NCBI GenBank assembly: GCA_964276515.1
Contig: OZ193910.1
Span: 4,216,001-4,280,000, forward strand
Reading direction: 5' to 3'
Length of the DNA stretch: 64,000 nt
Source: Gordius albopunctatus
Taxonomy: Eukaryota
Shown: in pieces, positions 55,401 through 64,000 of the stretch
Numbering within the stretch: the stretch's first letter is position 1
How the letters are laid out: every line of letters begins with the position of its first letter
Translations under genes and position numbers: made by a program
Notes under the pieces: model-generated
Seen by the model: only the letters and a program-made list of their open reading frames with translations
Told to the model about the DNA's origin: nothing
Databases searched by the model: none

Positions 55401-58400
55401 AGCTATTTAGAAGTAAGTGATTCATAGGCGTAGCCAGCATTGAAATTAGAAGGGGGCAATAATGATTCACAGAGGGGCAAATTGATCATTTTCTGAAATT
55501 TTAGCCATATATTTAATAAATTTTAACAAATTTTTGGATTTAGAAGGGGGCAGCCGCTCCTCCCTGCCCCCTCCCCTTGGCTACGGCTATGAAGTGATGT
55601 CCAACTTATTTAACTGAATGCTATATCTTCATTAACTGGATGATGCTAATTTAGTTGTCTTATAGTCATAAAATATTAACAATTTAATGATATTTTAACC
55701 GTTTAATAAAGGGCACTTAGTCAGGAAAGGCGAGCATCTCCTTTTGGTAAAAAGTCACCAGAGTGGTCAACGTCTCAACATTATGAAGTCGATCAGGATA
55801 AAGAAGCAGAAGATATTTTAAATCAAGTATATATTGATAGATTAACTTGGACATCATGTAAATGAGCTTTAAAATTATATAGTCGTATCAATAACTGCAG
55901 GTGCTTAGCACTTCGCAGTAGGCATTTTTTATGAATGATAATAGTTTATTATACAAATTAATACTGTCAGGTTATCGATATGTGGATTTTCAGTATTTTT
56001 CGTGGATTATCTTCAAGCTCAGGAAATTATAGGCTTACTTACTCTTGCTAGGCAGAACCAAAATTATTTTTGACAATATTTAATAACATTTTTAACTTTA
56101 TTATATGAAATTTGTATTTTTATAAAATAAATATGAGTAATTTTTTGAAATATTCTCTCTCTGGAAAAATTCTGGCTACGGGCTTGCTTGACTGATGTAG
56201 TTGTTGAGTATATAAATAAATAAAGGCAGTTTGTAATAAGATAAGTTTAGAGGTCTTCTTTTATAAAATGGCGTTTTCTAAAAAAATTGTTTTATTTGTT
56301 ATTATGCAAAGCCATATCGAACTAGGCCCATAGTTAAACCTGGTATCAAGCCTGCAATTGATCGGGTCGAAGGTTCATATTTGAGTGGTGGTATGGCCAG
56401 GGTAGGTGTGTCACATGGTAGAGGTGAAACACCACAAGAGAAATTTGCGGAATTTCAGACCAGTCATCATAAGTATTTAATAAATAATATGTCAAATTAT
56501 ACATACATACTCTAAATGTTGAAAGTTAAATGATTGAATCAATATGGATGCTTATGTTAATAAAGGGAGTTTTCGCCTTTTCGTGATGCAAGGGGCAATA
56601 TAATTATAGCCGGACCTAATCCATCATTTCCTGGTCCCCAAAATTTACAAACAATTCCTCAAGGAAATTTTAACGCTTCACAACAAATGTCGAATGCGCA
56701 ACAGGCTCAGCGACAAATGTCACCTAATAAAGTTAGAAATGTAATATTTCATTCAAATGCCTTGTTTAAAACCCCTCATAAATGAACTAAATTTTAAAAG
56801 ACATTTTATAGGAGAGGCACTTATATTTAAATACTTCTAAGCTGACATAATTCATTAATAATGGCTTTAATTAAGACGTTTCTTATGAATTACTCGGCGT
56901 TTTTAATTTGCATCAAAATGTTATAATTATTCTTGCAACTCAAAGTAATAAAAAAATTAATTTGTTTGATTGCTGAATAGAAGGGAATTTATTAACCTGA
57001 ACTTTATATATCTACTTTTAATCTTTCCATATAGACCACAAAGAAAAATAATAAATATTATTTAATCAAACTGTATAGCCTGATCCTTCAGTCGATTATT
57101 CACGCGCTAACGTTCAACATAATGTGCCTACAACACCTGGGTATTTTGCACATTCAATATATATATTTTGTTTGTTATTTATCGAAAATTTAGATTGAGT
57201 ATTCAAACCATAGACTAATAGACGGCTCATTCCCTTTTAAAAAGTGTACCCCATTTTGGCAGCCATTTTAATAAGTGAAACAGGAATTTTGGCCAATTTA
57301 TATGGTTTGATAGATTTTTAAAATTACTATAATGATTAAAATGAGTTGTTTAATGTTATAAGATCAATCTACTTCACTTATCAAAATGGAGGTCGTTTTT
57401 GGCAACACTTTTGATGCGTGAATATATAAGAGATGAGCAGTCTATTAGTCTATGATTCAAACGCGGTTATGTGCACACTTCAGCATCTTTTGTTTGACTT
57501 ATTCATTTCAACTAAATCGTTGATTTGCACGTTCTCTCTTTCTCACACATATCGTTTGCCTCGTGTCGTTTGCTATTAATTTGTGTGTGAATAAACTCAG
57601 AAGTGTTCAATCCATTGGATAAGAAAGTTGGTTTTATTGATGGTATAGTCGGATTTATAAAAATGCTATTCTTTAAAACATTGAATCCTGTATAATGGGT
57701 GCATATCGCCCGAAATATTGAAACCCCCTACTCCCATTTTCAATATCAATCTGGAAGAACCATTAATAAAGCAAACTTTCTAATCTATGTGAATCCATAT
57801 GTAACTATGTGATCACACCATTTAAACGGTATGATTATTCAATAGTGGATATGGGACTGTATATCAACAAACTCAAAATATTACTCCCAGACAACAAAAC
57901 ATAAACCCTATTCAACAATCTCTCCAAAGCCCACAAACTAACTTAAGTAATCAGAGCCCCAATTTTGCACAAGCTTCGTCACCTACTATAAGCTATCAAA
58001 AAAATTCACAATCGTTAAACCAAAATGATACAATTCCTTTTCAAGGAGGAACACCCGCTATTCACGCCCGAAAATCGCATGAATCTTATGATGCTTCTCA
58101 TAAGCCTGATCCTAACAGACATTCGCTCCCATTTTTGGAACAAATTAAATCTTTTGGGTCACCCGATAAGGTCCTTGGATCTTTATCTGCTAATGTTAAC
58201 AGAAAAAATGGTCCTGGACAAATGCTGAAATCTCGTGGTGCTGATGAGCCTCGAGCACTTACTGTAACAGCTCAAGTAAAAGCCCGAACTCTCTCAAGTA
58301 ATGTACCCTCAACACCGGAGCAACCTAGGCAGGAAACACCACCTCTAAATAACCAAACTGTTGAAAAACATGAGCAAAGTGTTAATGAGATAAATGGTAA

Positions 58401-58602
58401 AAATACAGTATTAAAGGATGAAATAGAAATGGCACCTTTAATTCCTGTTGGAAAAGTTTTGGGTACAATTCAAAGCCCTAACGATGTGGTCAAGGAAGTT
58501 GTTAAATCGCAATACAATTCTCCCCCTACTCTTAATTCTCCTGAGAATATTTTTGAAAGTTCAGTTTTGCAGACACAAAGCGCTGTGATTACTGATTTAT
58601 AG
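52401..58602 (+). CDS. Zasp66-like / ZM-motif protein with a long Q/P/Y/S-rich region; at least 7 coding exons, 5' end unresolved
   Basis: Phase-compatible GT-AG exons: (52401 or 52435)-52859, 52947-53418, 55712-55826, 56312-56472, 56566-(56731 or 56740), 57079-57140 and 57846-58602. The splice junction creates ILNQ|PYRTRPIVKPG...GSYL, close to the PYRTTPLVLPG...ESYL motif I recall from Drosophila Zasp66. The last exon has VVKSQYNSPPTLNSPENI, resembling the ZM consensus QYNSPIGLYS.ENI. Confidence 0.72.
54009..55275 (+). mobile_element. Internally deleted hAT DNA transposon (1267 bp) in an intron of the Zasp-like gene
   Basis: TIRs cagtggcgtacgca / tgcgtacgcccctg and a perfect 8-bp TSD cttctata at 54001-54008 and 55276-55283. 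It carries the C-terminal part of a transposase. Confidence 0.96.
54141..55123 (+). pseudogene. hAT transposase C-terminal remnant with dimerization domain (THAP12/ZMYM1-like); open from ATG 54261, 38-nt intron at 54992-55029
   Basis: ES*WVQKHQAI is a mutated ETRW motif. It is followed by LSIHLQS..DL, LYPNIRVLYQILATLPVTTCSNERSFSTLRRLKTYLRNTTGQER and, after splicing, LIGLTLLNIHRD...IINEF...K*. Confidence 0.9.
55423..55591 (-). mobile_element. MITE family A copy with TSD (intronic)
   Basis: TIRs cataggcgtagcca / tggctacggctatg; flanks aagtgatt / aagtgatg (7/8 match). Confidence 0.9.
57209..57454. mobile_element. MITE family C (246 bp, CATAGA termini; P- or hAT-superfamily type), intronic
   Basis: TIRs catagactaatagacggctcat / atgagcagtctattagtctatg (21/22), an inner inverted pair ccattttaataagtg / cacttatcaaaatgg and a perfect 8-bp TSD attcaaac. 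Confidence 0.93.
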
Positions 58603-60609
58603 TTATGATAAAAGAAAAATGCTAAGGCTGTAAAACCAAAAATTCGCCTATAATTTGCCCCAATTTCTTACGTATTAAAACATATAAGATGTGCCTATAA
58701 CCGCGTTTGAAATTTTATGAGATATAAACTTAGTTTATGCTTACGATTCTATAAATTGGAGTTAAACTTCATAAAAATGCCTCATTTATTTTTAATTTCT
58801 TTTAGAGAAACCAATCAGCTCTAACCCTATCTCCAAAGTTGCACCAGATGTTCGCGCTTCAGCTTTTATACTATATAATAATTAATATCGGATAGTTCAG
58901 TTTTTTGTTAAATATACATATTAACTGTCCACATACACCATATAGCTTTTCTTATGTCTGCCACCAAATTATGCTAATCTACCTCTTGTGAAAATAAACA
59001 TAAAGCAAATCAAATATTGTTTATAAATTTAACATTCAAACTATAATAACCTTATAACTAATTTGTTAATCTCAATAAATAATACAACTTGTATTTGATA
59101 TTTTGTCTCTAAATATTCTTATAATTTATCTTCCTCTCCTTTTAATTTATCTTTTATTCACACAAAGTAATTATCTAATTCAGCTATAAAATCAACCGTT
59201 TTTAATTGATTCGTAGGTATAAACTGTATCTTATGAAAAATAAATAAATAAAGTCGAAACCAAAAAAGGATATACTATATTGAATCACTATTCGAAAATG
59301 TATTCATTATTTTCATAAATTATAATGATGTCATTTATAAATTTAATGCAGATTTTTCCAAACTCCAACCACTCTCCTCAACAGATATTTTCAAAAATAA
59401 GAAAGGCAATCAATGATTCTATTTTATAAGCTATTGCACACAATAAGAAAATACCAGGCGATTAATGTGGCACGAAAATAACACAGGCTTACATAGAATT
59501 TTAAAATAGAGCATGATATGAAAAAAGGTAAAGAGATGTTTAAATATAGAGTCAAATGAATATAAACGTTGAAAGGACTGACCACCAACATAGGTGACAC
59601 TCAATGAAAGAGTAAATGTTACAAAAATAGGAAAAATTTATGGTGAGATGGATAAGCTTGATTAATGGTGGGAAGGTTGTTGGTTGCCAGGTTCAATATT
59701 AATAATCCTTCGCCCAATCCTCCCTCTGCGATATTTAATATACAATTGATATTAGTGATTGGTTTCCAGTTGTAAATACTTTTTCCTGCGATTCAGGAAA
59801 AAGGAAACGCTATATAAAGATTTTTAATAAGCATTCACAAACGTGGGTGAATATAAACAATAGGTTTTTGAGTCTGAAATTTTTAATAGTCATCTTTCAA
59901 TAATCTTATGATTTTTATTTATTTTAGTTTCATTAATTTGCAATTTTAACGAGGTGTCTTATATGGGTGAAATCAACAATGAGATTAACAACAAAATCTG
60001 TTATTTTGATGATCAAACTGTTCTAAGTTCTGACATTTAAGTGTACATTTAATCATGCTTCGTTGAGTAGATTACATATTTCAATAATATTTATAGATTA
60101 AAAATGGAGTCAAATCATATGTAGGAGATCTTTTTAAATATGAATTGCTTAAATTTAGAAGCGTTTTATCTGAATTTACTATTATTAAATAAATCTCAAT
60201 GCAAATAATTTTTCGCTCAATAAAATATATATCATGGCTTATTTTAACAATTGTTCTTTTTAAGCTTAATTTAACCCTCTTCATTTAAAAAACTTTAAAT
60301 TTTACAATTTAAACAAAATGTGAGACTTTATCGCCGTCATCACCAACCACTTGCCCGCAGCACCTATCCTGCTTATAATATTTTATTTCTCCTTAGGGGG
60401 CGATACCACACACTTGGTAGAGGATTCACAACGCATATAAAATTATAAACGTTTTGTGGGCCTAATAATCTTAATAGGCCTTTATGTCATTTTAACCTCT
60501 TATATTTCAAATTTTAAACACTACTTTCGCTAGCAGGTGATTATATCATAATTTATACAATGTCGGCGCTAAAACTCGATAGAGCCAATTAAAAAGATTT
60601 TTCATTCGC

Positions 60610-61840
60610 AGGATATTTATGAAGTCTCAAATTATTACATTACAACGATAGTTGAAAACTCTAATCCTTTTCAGGTTAAAATTGGATTACATCAAGCAAG
60701 GATCTGCTCTAAGCCCTTTTTTATACGTACAATAAAATATAAGGCACGACTAGATTCCAATGCCATTTTTGTGTATGCCATATTCCAATGATATATGAGC
60801 TAAAATACGAAGAACCCGAAAAGTGGTCAACGGATAGCTGGGTATGATCTAGAGGTCAGCAATAACGACATACATAGATAAACGCTGCATCCCATTGTTC
60901 ATTGACCAATCAAAGTATTGAAAAGAGGACAGTCTTATATACACAGCTCGAAGCTTTCAGAAGATCTTCAAATATTTAGTTAATTGAATTAAAGATTTGA
61001 CTTGGGAGAAGATTGCAATGCGAAACGTGATATGAGATATGGAATCGGAATGCCCGATGTGATATAAATCGCGAGTGAAGTGGAGTGAAGAGCAGGGAGA
61101 TATAGAGTTAGTGGTGTGGCAATGAATTGATTTATTATAGTTGAGTCGTAGGGAATTGAATTGATTGATTTCAGTTGAGTTGTGTGAAATGTAATAAATG
61201 TTCAAGTAACTTACTAAGTTTCTTGCAATAGGTATATCTTATGTCGAAGTCGCTTACTTGCTACAAGCTAGATCAAAGGTTAAATAAACGATGTTAGTGC
61301 ACAGATGAAGGATGGTTAAATGGAAGAAGTTTATACGCCATTAAAAATGTTGATTAAATGAGAAAAGTTTATGGGGTGTAAAGGGCAATGAGATGCCAAT
61401 ATGGTTAAAAAGCAAAGTTTACAAATTAATCGTATGACCGGTGTTAGGAAGTGAAATATGGGCATTAAACGCCAAGGAAGAAATGTTATTACAAGCCATA
61501 TAGATGAGAATGATACGGTGGAGCTTAAGGTGGTAAGCAAAGCTTTACTTATTACGAATGAATTTCATAGGGTAGTCCCCCTTTGGCGGACTTGATAAAC
61601 CATTTTCTGAATGTTATGGTAATATACTAAGAAGGAATGCAAGTGATCGAATTTGAGAAGTTTGAACATGGAGGTCCTAGGAAGAGAGGAAGAGGATGAC
61701 CTCATAATATCTGGAATATGTAAGTGGACAAAGTTATGGTAGCTAAGTAGTTGAATCCAGACACGGCCTTTAATTGATCGAGATGGAAGAAGCTGATACC
61801 CTACGTCTCAGGGACAAATACACGTTAAGAAGAGGAAAGT
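60610..61840 (+). mobile_element. Heavily decayed, 5'-truncated RTE-like non-LTR retrotransposon (interrupted at ~60950-61210)
   Basis: Broken-frame remnants in the expected order: FQVKIGLHQ/GSALSPF (RT, ~60670-60720), GSEIWAL...MRMIRW (~61447-61520) and MEV.GRRGRG*P..W...SRWKKLI (~61665-61800). These are followed by an aagaagagg tail. Confidence 0.75.
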
Positions 61841-62980
61841 TTAAAGAAAGCGGCTGCAAAATCACTTACAATGCTTATTGTCTAAGGCGAACTTGCGATT
61901 TGAAATAGGAAGTTAAAACTGCGGAACCGAAGAACGGGTAGAGCCATACATTAAAGGCAGCGATTATTTAGCACTCATAAATGATGATAAGGCACAAACA
62001 CAATACTGACTCACAGAACAATTAAGGGTGGAAGGATAAGGTGTTTGTTGTCAAAACCTTCAAAAATTGTTGAAAATAAACTCTACTAACAAATGATCGC
62101 CTTAAATCAGATTAAAAAATTACATGAAGTCAAAATAGACGACACAAAGTATTGCTTCATGATAATGTACAATTACACAGAGCGCAACTGGTAAAGAAGC
62201 GATTGAACGTTTGGCTCGACTAACTCACCACACTTGGCTCCGTCCAAATACTGTTTACACCACAAAACATGCACTTTTTAATTAATTTAAAAAAAAAATT
62301 GACAGAGAAATCAATTTTTTGGATATTTTTGTCTAGGCAGCGATGTGCTCTATTTCGAACAAAATGTTTTAATCTTTTAATCATATATATGAAATAAACC
62401 TAAATATACTATGCAAGCCGGGTTTTATATTTATATACTTCTAATCCTTTAACATTGCTTTCGCTACTTCTGCATAATATTCAAAAATAAAAAATTTAAT
62501 ACCTAAATAAAGCAATATTAATGTGGCTAATAATTGCTATGTATTCAACTTGCATATAAAAAGGCCTATTTTCTGGATAAATATAAAGTCTTCTCTATTA
62601 AAGTAAAGGTTAAGTCCTAATAGCTTTAGAGTTTCCTTCCCGAAAATCAAAAGGGTTGATGGGGCTTTGAGGGTGGGGGGACCTAAGTCGTCCTATCTGA
62701 ATTTATTTTTTAATAAAAAAATTTAAAAAATCCTAAGCCATTATGTAATTTACATAAATTGTTATCGTGTGAAAATTCGCCCCAAATATCCTTTTTTAGA
62801 TACCTATGTTCAAGCGCTATAAAATTTCAATATGTTTATTACCTATTTTTTCTAAAAAAAATTTGCACGGTTCTTCTAATTTTTATATTTGAAATTTTTT
62901 CCAATTACACTGTAATCTTTTCTCCCCGCGGACGTATATATTGATATTCATTCATCTAAGCGGCTTCTTCCTTGGACAAC

Positions 62981-64000
62981 ATGGCTGATCAAGTAATATA
63001 TTTATACATCTTGCAAATATATTAAGATAATGCTGCCAGCCCCTAATAAAAATTATATTCAAGAAGTTTATTACTCATTTTCTACTAAAAAAGATAAGAA
63101 ACTTAAGTTGGCTCGTAATTTGGATCACAACACTAATTTCTATATTTCCCCTAGTTTTGATAAATTTCTTTTTGAAGATGCCTTTGATATTGTTCATAAA
63201 TTATCGGAGACTTCTTATAGTGTTGTTTACGAAGTATTGGAAAAAAGCACAGGATTGTTATATGCCCTAAAAATTTCGCATCATTTGCATTTACTAAATG
63301 AGATGCCTTATAAATGCCTGCCTAAACATTATAATTGTGTTACACATTACAAATCATGGTCAGAAAATGGGTTTTATTTTATATTAATGGAATTGTGTGA
63401 AAGAAGCCTTTTATATTATGATAGAAACTTGATAATGTTGAGGCACTTGAAGAAATATGTAATTGACATCATCAAAGGTCTTAATATGGTGCATAATCAC
63501 AGTATATTACATCTTGACATTAAGCCAGAAAATTTATTATTGAAGGACAATATGTGTAAAATAGCAGATTTTGGTATATCCACCCATATAAGTTCAAAGC
63601 ACATAGATGATGATTATGAAATACTGCAAGAAGGAGATAATAAATATATGGCACCAGAATTATTAAATGGAATCTACACACCTGCAGCAGATATTTTTAG
63701 TCTTGGTCTTACTATTTTAGAGATTTCCACAAATTTAGATCTGCCAAATTTTGGTGAATGTTGGCAAAATTTACGTTCTAACTTGCTTCCTAATCAAATT
63801 CTAAAAAATTCAGGTTATCCTGAATATTTTTTTGACCCTATAAGATGGATGGTTCATCCTAACCATAGGTTAAGACCTAGTGCTGCTGATCTTTTGTTTT
63901 CTCTTGATACCTGGATAAAACATGAAAATGAAGGATATTGGAACCTTTTAAAATACAAATTTTATGAAGTCAAACACAAAACAAAGCATTTACATAAAAT
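62981..64000 (+). CDS. PKMYT1: Myt1 (Wee1-family) protein kinase, divergent; runs off the right edge
   Basis: The frame from 63027 to the window end is open: YALK, ILMELC, ILHLDIKPENLLL, KIADFG, QEGDNKYMAPELLNGIYTPAADIFSLGLTILEISTNLDLPNFGECWQNLR, MVHPNHRLRPSA. EGD..YMAPELL.G and LP..GE.WQ.LR are Myt1-type. Probable micro-exon ATGGCTGATCAA (62981-62992) plus a 34-nt intron; an alternative ATG is at 63030. It is absent from the ORF track because there is no stop in the window. Confidence 0.88.

Noticed and set aside
56159..56186. Lone TIR-like end (aaaattctggctacgggcttg)
   Set aside because: It resembles the hAT-MITE termini, but no partner end or TSD was found.
58126..58170. LPFLEQIKSF as a WH2 actin-binding motif
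   Set aside because: The helix part is similar but the LKKV-type motif is missing; too weak.
60081..61540. Minus-strand ORFs 60081, 60957 and 61331
   Set aside because: AT-rich chance ORFs or antisense to the decayed RTE element; no motifs.
61980..62010. C/D box snoRNA (ATGATGA...CTGA)
   Set aside because: The boxes are under 20 nt apart, too short for a snoRNA, and there is no terminal stem.

Overview
This is AT-rich, intron-containing eukaryotic DNA, most likely from an invertebrate animal (inferred from Zasp-, claudin-, cofilin- and Myt1-like genes). About 40 kb (~63%) is one very homogeneous 113/114-bp satellite, roughly 350 monomers in four blocks. The blocks run + at 1-6124 and 11964-24483 and - at 24684-43803 and 44004-46482, and the window has three 200-N assembly gaps. 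All the 'MTKLFPYIVLNV...' ORFs come from this repeat. The unique island at 6.1-11.8 kb holds a 5-exon claudin/PMP22-like gene (- strand, not resolved by the ORF track), an intronless ADF/cofilin and a gap-truncated DUF268-like membrane protein gene. The 46.5-64 kb region holds a multi-exon Zasp66-like (ZM motif) gene and an internally deleted hAT transposon with TIRs, an 8-bp TSD and a 38-nt intron. It also has three MITE families, a decayed RTE-type retroelement and a Myt1/Wee1-family kinase whose Gly-rich loop has no glycines. All gene models and family calls were made by hand and from remembered motifs; no searches were run. I found no convincing new multi-gene system. The best leads are the satellite architecture, the atypical Myt1 kinase, the truncated but open hAT ORF and the very short introns.
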